Origin: an uncultured bacterium
Lineage (GTDB): Bacteria > CALINM01
NCBI GenBank assembly: GCA_938045315.1
Contig: CALINM010000012.1
Span: 1-49,604, forward strand
DNA: 49,604 nt
Reading direction: 5' to 3'
Made by a program: the position numbers and the translations under genes. Position 1 is the stretch's first letter; each line of letters opens with the position of its first letter. Positions 25,625-36,072 of the stretch are shown one piece after another. The notes beneath the pieces are model-generated. The model had not been told where the DNA came from and made no database searches. It was given only the letters and a program-made list of their open reading frames with translations.

Positions 25625-26722
25625 ATGGGATTTTCAATTGGTATAGTTGGTCTTCCAAATGTTGGCAAAACTACTATATTTAATGCCATAACAAGTATAT
25701 GTGCTGAAGCATCTAATTATCCCTTTTGTACTATAGAACCTAATATCGGTGTTATCCCGGTAAAAGATCCAAGACTGGATAAGATTGCAGAAATTATAAA
25801 AACAGAGAGTTACATTCCCACTTCAATAAAATTCATTGATATAGCTGGGCTTGTCAAAGGAGCAAGCGCTGGAGAAGGTCTTGGTAACAAATTTTTATCT
25901 CACATAAGGGAGGTTGATGGCATAGCGCATGTGATTAGATGTTTTGATATTGAAGATATTGTTCATGTTGAAGGTAGTGCTGATCCAGCAAGAGATATTG
26001 AAATAATAAAAACCGAGCTTATATTATCAGACATTGAAATTCTTGATAGAAAAATAGAAAAGCTTGCAAAAAGCCACATACAGGAACAAAGAAAAGCTTC
26101 TGATTCTTATAAAAGATTAAGAGATGCCATAAATTTCGGCAAAATAAGAGATGAGGTTAAACTGATAATTGAAACCTTTACAGAAGATGAAAAAAAAGGT
26201 TTAAAAGAACTAAACTTGATCTCTTTGAAACCCTATTTTTACATCGCCAATGTGGATGAAAAAGAACTTATTAACCCCAAACACCTAACACAGCTTAAAA
26301 ACTATGCCAATCAAGAAAATGTTGAAGTTGTCGTTATATGTGGAAAATTAGAAGAAGAAATTAATGAACTTTCTGAACATGAAAAATATCTTCTTCTCAA
26401 AGAATATGGAATTAAAGACCTTGCTGCAGATAAGATAATTCAAACGGGCTATAAGCTCCTAAATCTAATCACATTTTTCACTACAGCAAGGAAGGAATTA
26501 AAGGCATGGACAATTGAGAAGGGTACTAAAGCTATATCTGCAGCAGGAAAAATTCATACTCATATGGAAAAGGGCTTTATAAGGGCTGAAGTGATTCATT
26601 ATGAAGATCTGTTAAAAGCTGGATCGGAATTAAAGGCTAGGGAGCTTGGATTCTACCATTTAGAAGGCAAAGATTATATCGTACAGGATGGTGATATTAT
26701 ATATTTTAGATTTAATGTTTAA
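25625..26722 (+). CDS. ychF: Redox-regulated ATPase YchF
   Basis: GIVGLPNVGK, NYPFCTIEPN, DIAGLVKGAS.GEGLGNKFL, EGKDYIVQDGD. Confidence 0.97.
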   Translation: MGFSIGIVGLPNVGKTTIFNAITSICAEASNYPFCTIEPNIGVIPVKDPRLDKIAEIIKTESYIPTSIKFIDIAGLVKGASAGEGLGNKFLSHIREVDGIAHVIRCFDIEDIVHVEGSADPARDIEIIKTELILSDIEILDRKIEKLAKSHIQEQRKASDSYKRLRDAINFGKIRDEVKLIIETFTEDEKKGLKELNLISLKPYFYIANVDEKELINPKHLTQLKNYANQENVEVVVICGKLEEEINELSEHEKYLLLKEYGIKDLAADKIIQTGYKLLNLITFFTTARKELKAWTIEKGTKAISAAGKIHTHMEKGFIRAEVIHYEDLLKAGSELKARELGFYHLEGKDYIVQDGDIIYFRFNV

Positions 26723-27885
26723 TCGGTTCTTAAGGCATCTACTATTTTCTGGCTTGATGCTTTAAGGGCGGGAATAAGTCCACCAATAACGCCCATAATC
26801 AAAGAGAAGATAAGGGACTGTAAAATTATTTTTGGCGTTAATGTAAAAGAAAAAGCTAACTCTGAAAAGGTTTGCCAGTTCATTGTAGAAATGGTATAGA
26901 ATTGTAAAAAGGATGATAAAAAAAGACCACCTATACAACCAGCAAAACTCAATAATAGAGATTCCATAAGGAAAGCAGCCAATATGGTAACTTTTTGAAA
27001 CCCTAAGGCCCTTAATGTCCCAATTTCCCTTTTTCTTTGGGCTACTGCTGAATACATAGTAATCATAGCGCCAAGAATAGCACCTATAGAAAATACTATA
27101 GTCATGGATACTCCTAAAACTTTTATAAATCTCGTCATCATTGCTGATTGGTCTTCATAATATTGCATTTCTTTTTTTACTTCCACCGTAAGTCGCGGAT
27201 CATTTTCCAATCTCATTTTTAAATTTTCAAAATCTTTTAAATCAGATAATTTAAAAATTATAGATGAATATGTAGGTCTTCGAAAAGATTGTTTTAGTTG
27301 TTCTACATCTGCCCATATTTCTGAATTAAAACCGGTAGTGCCGCCATCAAATATGCCTACAACCTGCCATTGTCTCTGACCAAAGGACAAAAAACTACCA
27401 ATCTTTACTCCATCGAAGTTTTCTGCAATTTTACTTCCCACTATTATTTCATTTGTCCCCCATCTTATCATTTTACCTTCTTTTAATCTAACCTGGCTTC
27501 TTAAAGGTAGTGACATCTCCATTACACCCCTTATAACAACATTGGATAATTTATCCGTCCCCTTTTTAGTTAATCCTATGAGCACAACAAGTTCTTTAGC
27601 CACAAGTCTCTTTCCCCTGTCATTTAAACTTATTTCTGGTGATATTTCAATTATATTTGCCTGCTCTTTATCAATACCACTTTGCACTTCAGAACCCGCT
27701 GATTTTCTTATGACAACTACATTATCAGGGCTTCCTGTTTTTATCAAAGTTTTTCTTAAACCCTCTGAAAGCATTAACACAGCTGAAAAAACAAGTATTA
27801 CAAGTGCCATTCCAGATGCTGTTAAAAGGGTTGTTAATTTTCTTCTTATTAGATTTCTCAGGCTATATAACAAAATTAACTTCAT
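26719..27885 (-). CDS. ABC transporter permease (MacB/FtsX family)
   Basis: RNL.RR...T.LT, R.REIGTLRALGF, three C-terminal TM helices. Confidence 0.92.
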   Translation of the reverse strand: MKLILLYSLRNLIRRKLTTLLTASGMALVILVFSAVLMLSEGLRKTLIKTGSPDNVVVIRKSAGSEVQSGIDKEQANIIEISPEISLNDRGKRLVAKELVVLIGLTKKGTDKLSNVVIRGVMEMSLPLRSQVRLKEGKMIRWGTNEIIVGSKIAENFDGVKIGSFLSFGQRQWQVVGIFDGGTTGFNSEIWADVEQLKQSFRRPTYSSIIFKLSDLKDFENLKMRLENDPRLTVEVKKEMQYYEDQSAMMTRFIKVLGVSMTIVFSIGAILGAMITMYSAVAQRKREIGTLRALGFQKVTILAAFLMESLLLSFAGCIGGLFLSSFLQFYTISTMNWQTFSELAFSFTLTPKIILQSLIFSLIMGVIGGLIPALKASSQKIVDALRTD

Positions 27886-27886
27886 A

Positions 27887-29044
27887 TCACAAATCCCATT
27901 TCAAACCCTCTGCTAAATTTATCTTTATTGATCTTGCTGCTGGTATGAGCCCTGAGAGAATACCAACAATAAAAGAAATGAATAGAGATTCATAAATTAC
28001 CTCACGATGGAGATTAAAAATGGGAAAATAGACACTCAATATATCTCCCACAACTTTTACGGCAGGAAAGGTTAAGATTATACCTAAAATTGCCCCTGTC
28101 AAAACAATTAGCATTGACTCTCCTAAAATGATACCAAAAATAATTGTGTTACCATAACTAAACATTTTAAACAGCGCGTACTCATTCTTTCTCTCTCTAA
28201 CGGACATATTCATTGTATTTGCCACAACTACAAATATAATCCCTATTACTACAAAGGAAACTAATTTTATGACTATAACAATTGCTTCAGTCATTGCTAC
28301 AAAACTTAATTGAAAGGCCTTTTCTGTCTCTGTAAGGGTTTCAGCAAGGGAGTTTTTAAATAAACTATCAATTTCCCTGGAGATAACTGCAGCATCCTCT
28401 GGATTTTTAATTCCCACTATAAAATAACCCGCCTGATCAGCCCTTGTGGGTGAAGTTTTCTTCAGAGTTTCATTCAAATAATCCCAGTGAAATAAAAACT
28501 GGCTTTCATCAACCGATTTATCTCTACCACGATAGATACCTCTTATTACAAATTCCCAATTGCCCGGGAAAATAGTACCCCTCAAAACAACGTTATTGCC
28601 AATTTTCCAATTAAATCTTTCAACAAGTTTCCTTCCCACTAAACAACCTTTCCTGTCCATTAAAAATGCCTTTTTTTCATTTTCACTTACTATAAATTCA
28701 GGATATAGTTTCAAAAATGTTTCCGAATCAACTGCAAAATTAGCAAAAAAATTCTTTTCTTCAATGTAAATGCCACCAAACCAGTTGCCCTGTGCAACAT
28801 AAGTTATACCACTTATTTGTTTTATCTTTTCCTTATATGAAATAGGCAGGGAAAAAACAAGTGATATAGCATTTCTAACAATCAATCTGTATGCTGAAGA
28901 TGCTGAAACACCAGCATACCATGCAGAAATAATTGTATTTAATAGACAAAAGGAAAGTACTGCTACCGAAACACTTAATATAGTGAGAATGCTTCTTAAT
29001 TTATGCCTGAAAATATTTCTAAATAAATATTTCAGCAGAACCAT
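27887..29044 (-). CDS. ABC transporter permease (MacB/FtsX family)
   Basis: RN.FRHKLRS.LT, NTM.MSVRER..E. Confidence 0.92.
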   Translation of the reverse strand: MVLLKYLFRNIFRHKLRSILTILSVSVAVLSFCLLNTIISAWYAGVSASSAYRLIVRNAISLVFSLPISYKEKIKQISGITYVAQGNWFGGIYIEEKNFFANFAVDSETFLKLYPEFIVSENEKKAFLMDRKGCLVGRKLVERFNWKIGNNVVLRGTIFPGNWEFVIRGIYRGRDKSVDESQFLFHWDYLNETLKKTSPTRADQAGYFIVGIKNPEDAAVISREIDSLFKNSLAETLTETEKAFQLSFVAMTEAIVIVIKLVSFVVIGIIFVVVANTMNMSVRERKNEYALFKMFSYGNTIIFGIILGESMLIVLTGAILGIILTFPAVKVVGDILSVYFPIFNLHREVIYESLFISFIVGILSGLIPAARSIKINLAEGLKWDL

Positions 29045-29723
29045 TAATTAAAACACCCTTATCTAAGTACTTCATTGACTTAGCATATTTTGCTGCCCTT
29101 AGATCATGGGTGACCATAATTATTGTTTTTCCAAATTTCTGGTTTAACTCACTCATTAAATTCAAAACATCCTCCGCTGACTTTTTGTCAAGATCACCTG
29201 TAGGTTCATCAGCAACTATTATAGAAGGATCTGTTACAATAGCCCTTGCTATTGCAACTCTTTGCTGTTGGCCACCAGATAGTTGTTTTGGATAATGATC
29301 TTTTCTGTCATATAAGCCAACAATTGAAAGTGCAAAATCAACATGCTCTTTTCTATCCTTCGCTGATAAATTCATCATCAACAAAGGGAGCTCTATGTTT
29401 TCAAAGGCTGTTAAAACGGGAATTAAATTATAAAACTGGAATATAAAACCCACATGTTCACTCCTCCACCTGGAGAGCGTTCTTTCATCAAGATTTGTAA
29501 TGTCAATTCCCTGAACAAAAATACTTCCCGAATCAGGTTTATCAATGCCAGCTATTAAATTTAACAAAGTACTTTTACCTGATCCAGAGGGACCCATCAG
29601 TGCAAGAAATTCTCCATCCATTATATCAAAGCTAATATTTTGCAAGACAGGTATTATTTGGTTACCTTTTCTAAAAGATTTATAAAGGGACTCAATTTCT
29701 ATTATTTTTTCTAACTTTGCCAT
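29019..29723 (-). CDS. ABC transporter ATP-binding protein (LolD/MacB-like)
   Basis: GPSGSGKST, LSGGQQQR, ADEPTG, MVTHD. Confidence 0.96.
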   Translation of the reverse strand: MAKLEKIIEIESLYKSFRKGNQIIPVLQNISFDIMDGEFLALMGPSGSGKSTLLNLIAGIDKPDSGSIFVQGIDITNLDERTLSRWRSEHVGFIFQFYNLIPVLTAFENIELPLLMMNLSAKDRKEHVDFALSIVGLYDRKDHYPKQLSGGQQQRVAIARAIVTDPSIIVADEPTGDLDKKSAEDVLNLMSELNQKFGKTIIMVTHDLRAAKYAKSMKYLDKGVLINGSAEIFI

Positions 29724-30934
29724 TATTTGGCTTCTACTCTGACTTTTGTTTTATCTTGAAGTTTATCAAGGGGATGTGTGATTATTTTTTCTCCAGCCCT
29801 TATTCCATCTAATACATATAAGAATCCCTTTTCTTCCTTTTCTATTTTTAACACCCTTTTTTCTGCTCGGTCTTTATTTAATACAAATACAATATATTTG
29901 TCTCCTTCAATTCTTGTATGTGAGCTGTTTATTATTAGTCTCCTAGATTTCTCATCTTTTTTCAATGGTCGCTCCAGAAAAGATATTTTTGCACTCATGT
30001 CCGGTAATATTTGATCACTCTTTTCAAAAAATTTAATCTTTACTGTTACAGAAGACTTAGTTCTATCCACTGTTGGTAATATCATATGAACATACCCCTC
30101 AAAAACCTTATTAGGTATTGCATCAAAAGTTATTACACAGTTTTGATTTTTTCTTATTTTATCAAGATACACTTCTGACACATCAGCTTCCACATATAAA
30201 CTATTTAAATCTGCCATCGTTATAACCGCTGCTTTAGCATTTGCAGCTGAGCCTAAGGGAGTAATGATATCACCCACATCGGCATCTTTTGTAAGGATTA
30301 TACCATCAAAGGGTGCCCTTAGTTTTGTATATTCTAATTGTACTTCTACACTTTTTACACCTGCCTTTGCAGCAATATAATTTGCTTCAGAAGAATTTAC
30401 CATTGCAATAGCTTTTTTGTATCTTGATTCTGCAATATCAAGTTCAGATTGTGTTGCAAAACCTCTTTCAAAGAGTATTTTAACTCTTTCAAAATTCTTC
30501 TTCGCCTCTTCCAATTCTGCCTTAGCAAAATTTATATTTTCCTTACTTGCCATTACATTTGCAAGTAATTGCTGGTAACTTGCTTTTAAATCTTCATTCT
30601 CCAGTTCTGCAACAATATCATTTTTTTTCACTCTCATTCCTTCTTCCACATTTACCTTAATTAATCTACCTGTTATTTTTGCACCTACAGCTGACTTTCT
30701 ATCGGCTACAACGTAACCACTGGCATTCAGAATAGTAATGTTTTGATAGGGATATAAGTCATTAACTGTTATAACCTCTACTTTTAAGGGTTTATTATAA
30801 AATAGTCGTATAATCACAGCTAACAATAAAAGCAAAAATATGCTAAAGAGCAAAAATTTTTTATTTCTTTGATTGCTCTTAATATATTCTCCTTTTTTAA
30901 TTTGGAGTTTCTCTAAAGACTCTTTTTCCATCAA
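29723..30934 (-). CDS. Periplasmic adaptor (membrane fusion) protein, MacA-like
   Basis: N-terminal TM, ASGYVVA, V.VEEG..V, APFDG, EADVSE. Confidence 0.93.
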   Translation of the reverse strand: MMEKESLEKLQIKKGEYIKSNQRNKKFLLFSIFLLLLLAVIIRLFYNKPLKVEVITVNDLYPYQNITILNASGYVVADRKSAVGAKITGRLIKVNVEEGMRVKKNDIVAELENEDLKASYQQLLANVMASKENINFAKAELEEAKKNFERVKILFERGFATQSELDIAESRYKKAIAMVNSSEANYIAAKAGVKSVEVQLEYTKLRAPFDGIILTKDADVGDIITPLGSAANAKAAVITMADLNSLYVEADVSEVYLDKIRKNQNCVITFDAIPNKVFEGYVHMILPTVDRTKSSVTVKIKFFEKSDQILPDMSAKISFLERPLKKDEKSRRLIINSSHTRIEGDKYIVFVLNKDRAEKRVLKIEKEEKGFLYVLDGIRAGEKIITHPLDKLQDKTKVRVEAK

Positions 30935-32838
30935 TTCAGCATTCCATCTAAAATTTGTCTTACTTTTGACAATAGTTCTTTAGGTGTAACGGGTTTTGAT
31001 ATAAAAACAGCTTGTTTTGAAATTCCAACTTCGCTGTCCATAATTTCAGTAGAGTATCCACTAAGAAAAATGACTTTTACAGAGGGATTAATTATCTTTA
31101 TATCATTAAATACCTCTCCACCATTTTTAAATGGCATAATCACATCAAGAATTGCAAGACTTATTTCACCTTTATGTTTTATGAATTCAGATAAAGCCTC
31201 TCTACCATCCCTTGATAGTATAACTTTATATCCCGCATTTGTGAGTATTTGATTTATCACATCCCTCACATAATCATCATCTTCAGCAACTAATATGGTT
31301 TCACATCCCCCTTTTACATCAAGAAAAGCATTTTTAATGTCCTCTTCCGTAGGTTGGTAAACTTGATGTATGGGTATATATAAAAATACTTTTGTTCCTG
31401 TTCCTTCCCTGCTATCAATGCTAATATAACCATTATGCTGCTTAATTATACTGTATACAATAGACATACCAAGACCTGTTCCTTTATTTACATCCTTAGT
31501 TGTAAAAAAGGGATCAAAGATTCTCCTTTTAACTTCATCACTCATACCAATACCATTATCAGAAACCATTATTAAAGCATAATCTCCAGGATAACCAAAA
31601 CCATTTCTTTTAATAAAATCTGCATCAATTTTGAAAAGTTGTGTTTTTATAACTATTTCACCCTTTCCCTCAATTGCATCTTTGGCATTGGATATAAGAT
31701 TTAAAAGGACCTGATCAATTTGCGTTATATCTGCCATTACTGGAAGATCATTTTTAGATAATTCGAAGTTTATCGTGATATGTTCACCAACCATCCTTTT
31801 CAGGAGTGGTTCAACATTTAGAATTAGATTGTTTACATCACATCTTACTGGCTGAAGAGTTCTCTTTCTACTAAATGTAAGAAGATTTCTTATAAGATTT
31901 GCTCCCCTATCGGCTACTTTAAGTATATTTTGAACATAATCCTTTAATGGACTATCTTCCCCTATATGTATATCAATAAAGCTGGCAAAGCCTATGACTG
32001 CAGTAAGGAGATTGTTAAAATCGTGGGCAATTCCAGCGGATAGTTGACCAACTGTTTCCATTTTTTGCAAATAACTAAGCTGGTCTTCTAAAAGTTTTTT
32101 CTCTGTTACATCTATAAATACTCCAATTATAGTATCCACCTCTTCAACAGTAGAAGTCTTTACAGGGTATAGGTGTACATCCACATATCTTGGTTTTGAA
32201 TCATTATCAACTAATTTTATAGTAAGTCTCTGGGTATGTTTATCGTTAAACAGTTGAAACATTACTTCTTCAATGAGCTTTTTTTCCTTTATATATCCCT
32301 TTTCCTCAAATATTTTAAGTAAGTTTTGACCACTTAGATCACCCTTTGAATAATTTACGATTTTATAAAAACCTTTATTTGCATCACGAATTATCATTTC
32401 CCTATTTAAAACAACAATTCCCTCTTCTATACTGTCAAACATAGTTGTATAAACATCATTCTTAATCCTCGATGAAGTAATATCAATAATTGTTCTAAGC
32501 AGGAGTGCTTCATTGTTTACAACAAAGCTTCTTGACTCTTCTCTCAACCACTTTATATTACCATCTGGATATAGAAATCTGTATTCGATAATATTGCTCC
32601 CTTGAGCATTATTTGCCATTAAATATTCATATCTTTCCCTATCTTCCGGGTGAATCCACTTAATCCATTCTTCAGATTTATCCACAAATTCTTTCTCTTC
32701 CAGCCCAAGAATCCTTTTTACATTTGAACTAACATACATAATTTTAAAGGGCTCTTTATTTTTCTGTATAACGTAAATAGTAGAACCCTCTTCTATAACA
32801 TTAACAACTTCGTCTTTACACAGTTGTAATACGTTCAT
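30931..32838 (-). CDS. PAS-PAS hybrid sensor histidine kinase / receiver (CckA-like)
   Basis: WIHPED PAS, AGIAHDFNNLL H-box, NL..NA.DA, DNG.GM, FDPFFTTK, GTGLG; receiver AEDD...LDVIMP...KP. Confidence 0.94.
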   Translation of the reverse strand: MNVLQLCKDEVVNVIEEGSTIYVIQKNKEPFKIMYVSSNVKRILGLEEKEFVDKSEEWIKWIHPEDRERYEYLMANNAQGSNIIEYRFLYPDGNIKWLREESRSFVVNNEALLLRTIIDITSSRIKNDVYTTMFDSIEEGIVVLNREMIIRDANKGFYKIVNYSKGDLSGQNLLKIFEEKGYIKEKKLIEEVMFQLFNDKHTQRLTIKLVDNDSKPRYVDVHLYPVKTSTVEEVDTIIGVFIDVTEKKLLEDQLSYLQKMETVGQLSAGIAHDFNNLLTAVIGFASFIDIHIGEDSPLKDYVQNILKVADRGANLIRNLLTFSRKRTLQPVRCDVNNLILNVEPLLKRMVGEHITINFELSKNDLPVMADITQIDQVLLNLISNAKDAIEGKGEIVIKTQLFKIDADFIKRNGFGYPGDYALIMVSDNGIGMSDEVKRRIFDPFFTTKDVNKGTGLGMSIVYSIIKQHNGYISIDSREGTGTKVFLYIPIHQVYQPTEEDIKNAFLDVKGGCETILVAEDDDYVRDVINQILTNAGYKVILSRDGREALSEFIKHKGEISLAILDVIMPFKNGGEVFNDIKIINPSVKVIFLSGYSTEIMDSEVGISKQAVFISKPVTPKELLSKVRQILDGMLN

Positions 32839-32850
32839 TTAGAGTAATCC

Positions 32851-34392
32851 TTAATGTTTGAAATGTCTCATTCCAGTAAAAACCATTGCTATATTGTATT
32901 TATCTGCTAATTCAATTACTTCTCTGTCTCTTATGGATCCACCCGGCTGAATTACAGCTGTAATACCAGCCTCAGCTAAAACTTCGAGACCATCTGGAAA
33001 GGGGAAAAAAGCATCTGAGGCAGCAACACATCCCTTTGTGTCCTGTCGTGCTTTCATTACCGCTATTCTGGCAGAATCCACCCTGCTCATTTGTCCCGCT
33101 CCAATACCAACTGTAACATTTTCTCTTGCAATAAGTATCGCATTTGACTTAACATGTTTAGCAATCTTCCATGCAAAATCAAGAGCCTTCATTTCTCTAT
33201 CCGTGGGTTTTCTTTTTGTTACTACCTTTAAATCTTCCATCTTATATGTTTCTAAGTCATATTCCTGAGCTAACATCCCACCTAACACCCTTCTATATTC
33301 AATTCCCTCTATCTTCATTGGTAACCCTTCCACATCCAATACCCTGAGACCGGGATGCTTCGAAAAAATTTCAAGCGCTTCTTTGTCATACCCCGGGGCA
33401 ATTACTACTTCAACAAAAGTTTCTGCAACCTCTTTTGCAAGCTCTTCATTCACCTTTCTATTTAAAGCTACTATTCCACCAAATGCAGATACTGGATCAC
33501 ACTCTCTTGCCATTTTATAAGCCTCTACAATATCCTCACTTACAGCTGCACCACATGGATTATTATGTTTTACAATGACTGCTGCTGGCTCACTAAACTC
33601 CAATACAATCCTAAAACATGAATCTGTATCTAAAATGTTATTATATGAAAGTTCTTTGCCCTGAATTTTTTTAGCAGAACTTACACATGCAAAATTAACA
33701 TCCTTTTCTTTGTAAAATGCCGCCTTCTGGTGAGGATTTTCACCATATCTACATTCTTGAACCTTGTAGTACTGGAGGTTTATCACTTCAGGAAACAATT
33801 TTTTTTCCTGTCCTTCTAAGGAACTTAAATAACTTGAAATTACACCATCATAATAGGCAGTATGTGTATAGACTTTTCTTGCTAAATAGAATCTATAATC
33901 ATAGGGCACTTCTCCCTTCTCAATATACTCCATAACCCTCTCATAGTCAAAGGGATCTACAACAACTATCACATCTTGGAAATTCTTAGCTGCAGCCCTG
34001 AGCAGTGTGGGTCCACCTATGTCTATATTTTCTATTATCTCTTCAAATGACACATTTGTTTTTTTAATGGTTGCTTCAAAGGGATATAGATTTACAACCA
34101 CAATATCGATAAATGGTATTCCAAGTTTTTGTAAACTTTCCACATGTTCCTTTTTATTTCTAATACATAAAATCCCACCATGGATTTTGGGGTGCAGTGT
34201 TTTAACCCTCCCATCCATAATCTCAGGGAATCCGGTATATTCTGAAACATCAATAACCCTTATACCTTTACTTTTTAAAAAATTTGCTGTTCCACCCGTT
34301 GATAATATTTCAATCCCCTTCTTTGCAAGAAAATTCGCAAAATTATCAATATTTGTCTTATCTGATACACTTATTAAAGCCCTTTGAAACAT
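32851..34392 (-). CDS. purH: Bifunctional AICAR transformylase / IMP cyclohydrolase
   Basis: ALISVSDK, GRVKTLHP, IDIGGP, RYGENPHQ, SDAFFPF, RHFKH. Confidence 0.98.
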   Translation of the reverse strand: MFQRALISVSDKTNIDNFANFLAKKGIEILSTGGTANFLKSKGIRVIDVSEYTGFPEIMDGRVKTLHPKIHGGILCIRNKKEHVESLQKLGIPFIDIVVVNLYPFEATIKKTNVSFEEIIENIDIGGPTLLRAAAKNFQDVIVVVDPFDYERVMEYIEKGEVPYDYRFYLARKVYTHTAYYDGVISSYLSSLEGQEKKLFPEVINLQYYKVQECRYGENPHQKAAFYKEKDVNFACVSSAKKIQGKELSYNNILDTDSCFRIVLEFSEPAAVIVKHNNPCGAAVSEDIVEAYKMARECDPVSAFGGIVALNRKVNEELAKEVAETFVEVVIAPGYDKEALEIFSKHPGLRVLDVEGLPMKIEGIEYRRVLGGMLAQEYDLETYKMEDLKVVTKRKPTDREMKALDFAWKIAKHVKSNAILIARENVTVGIGAGQMSRVDSARIAVMKARQDTKGCVAASDAFFPFPDGLEVLAEAGITAVIQPGGSIRDREVIELADKYNIAMVFTGMRHFKH

Positions 34393-34486
34393 ATAAATCC
34401 CCCTCTTATATGAAATTGTAGATTTCTGTTTAAATCCAAAAAACTTTTTTTAGTATATTTTAACACAAAAGATTTATAATAAAAGC

Positions 34487-35806
34487 ATGAAAAGTAAAGT
34501 AGCTATTATTGGTGCTGGTCTTGCAGGTTGTGAAGTAGCCTGGTTATTAGGTAAAAATGGCGTATATATCGATTTATTCGAAATGAAACCACTTAAATAT
34601 TCACCAGCCCATAAATCTCCTTATTTTGCTGAACTTGTTTGTAGTAACTCTCTTAAGAGTATTAATAAATACCATCCCTCATCCATGTTAAAAGATGAAA
34701 TGAAAGCCCTTGGATCTATTATTATGGAATCAGCATACAAAAACAGAGTTCCCGCAGGCGAATCGCTGGCAGTGGATCGAGATAGGTTTTCCAGATACAT
34801 TACCGAAAGATTGAGAACTTTAGAGACTGTAAACATAATTAAAAAAGAAGTACAAGAAATCCCGGAAGGCTATGATTTTATAGTCATTGCCACAGGTCCA
34901 TTGACATCTGAATCGCTCGCAGAATCTCTGAGTAAACTCTTAGGGGATAATTTTTTATATTTCTATGATGCTATCGCACCAATTATCGATGCAGATTCAA
35001 TAGATAAATCTAAGGTTTTTTCTGGTTCCCGATATGAACGTGGTGGTGATGATTTTTTAAATATTCCTTTAACTAAAGAGCAGTATTTTAATTTTATAGA
35101 AGCTTTAAAAGTTGCTGAAAAAGTAGTTTTAAGACCCTTCGAAAAGGAAAAATATTATGAAGGGTGTCTTCCCATCGAAGTATTAGCGCAAAGAGGTGAT
35201 TTAACATTAGCCTACGGTCCTATGAGGCCCGTTGGTTTTGATGATAGAAAGATTGGATTTAAACCCTTTGCTGTTGTTCAATTACGCAAAGAAGATGAGG
35301 AAGGAACAGCTTACAATATCGTTGGATTTCAAACAAAACTGACAATAAAGGAGCAGGAAAAAGTTTTTAGAATGCTTCCGGGGTTGGAAAAAGCTGTTTT
35401 TTTAAGATATGGTTCCATTCATCGAAATACATTTATTTCTTCTCCTAAATATTTATTACCAACTCTAAATTTAAAAGACATGCCCGGTATATATTTTGCT
35501 GGGCAGATTACTGGTGTTGAAGGTTATGTGGAATCTGCTGGATGCGGCATTATGGCAGGATACTTTCTCCTCTGCAAAATTAAAGACATACCAGTTATGA
35601 TACCCAGCTCTAAAACTGCTATTGGAGCCATGCTTTCTCATCTAAAAAGTGAAAACCGTCCATTCCAACCTTCTGGTATTCATTATGGTTTATTTGACAA
35701 AAGGGATATGCCAAAAAACGTTGATAAAAAAATATGGATAAAAAACAACGAAGAGGAGAGCTTTAAAGCCTGGTTTGAAGAAATAACTAAACATTTTATT
35801 TTCTAA
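34487..35806 (+). CDS. trmFO: tRNA (uracil-54)-methyltransferase TrmFO (Gid)
   Basis: IIGAGLAGCE, AELVCSNSL, FYDAIAP, EGCLPIE, VGFQT, FAGQITGVEGYVES. Confidence 0.96.
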   Translation: MKSKVAIIGAGLAGCEVAWLLGKNGVYIDLFEMKPLKYSPAHKSPYFAELVCSNSLKSINKYHPSSMLKDEMKALGSIIMESAYKNRVPAGESLAVDRDRFSRYITERLRTLETVNIIKKEVQEIPEGYDFIVIATGPLTSESLAESLSKLLGDNFLYFYDAIAPIIDADSIDKSKVFSGSRYERGGDDFLNIPLTKEQYFNFIEALKVAEKVVLRPFEKEKYYEGCLPIEVLAQRGDLTLAYGPMRPVGFDDRKIGFKPFAVVQLRKEDEEGTAYNIVGFQTKLTIKEQEKVFRMLPGLEKAVFLRYGSIHRNTFISSPKYLLPTLNLKDMPGIYFAGQITGVEGYVESAGCGIMAGYFLLCKIKDIPVMIPSSKTAIGAMLSHLKSENRPFQPSGIHYGLFDKRDMPKNVDKKIWIKNNEEESFKAWFEEITKHFIF

Positions 35807-36068
35807 GTAATCTTTTCATTTCAAAAAGATTTTGAAGTATAATACTTTTTTTATTTGTTAGGCTAATCCACAAGTTTTGGTCACCCTCTTCTTTTGCCTT
35901 TTCAATTTCTGAATCTAAATTTTCGATTTCCTTTATTAGAGTAAAATACATATTTTCCAAACTACTATCAACTTCTCTTGTTTCTTCGAGAACCTTTCTC
36001 TTTTCTTTATCAAAAAAATCTTCAAGAATATGTTCTTCTAATTCATCGTCTTTTCTGTCTTCATCCAC
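35796..36068 (-). CDS. Hypothetical acidic helical protein
   Basis: 90-aa ORF starting 4 bp after the Lon-like gene, same strand. Confidence 0.65.
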   Translation of the reverse strand: MDEDRKDDELEEHILEDFFDKEKRKVLEETREVDSSLENMYFTLIKEIENLDSEIEKAKEEGDQNLWISLTNKKSIILQNLFEMKRLLRK

Positions 36069-36072
36069 AATA

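Noticed and set aside
26719-26722. Convergent stop-codon overlaps (ychF/permease; also trmFO/hypothetical at 35796-35806)
   Set aside because: Common in compact AT-rich genomes; no further signal.
32851-33600. Possible mosaic origin of the purH 3' half (looks slightly more GC-rich)
   Set aside because: Only a visual impression, explainable by conserved Gly/Ala-rich motifs; it would need a split phylogeny to test.
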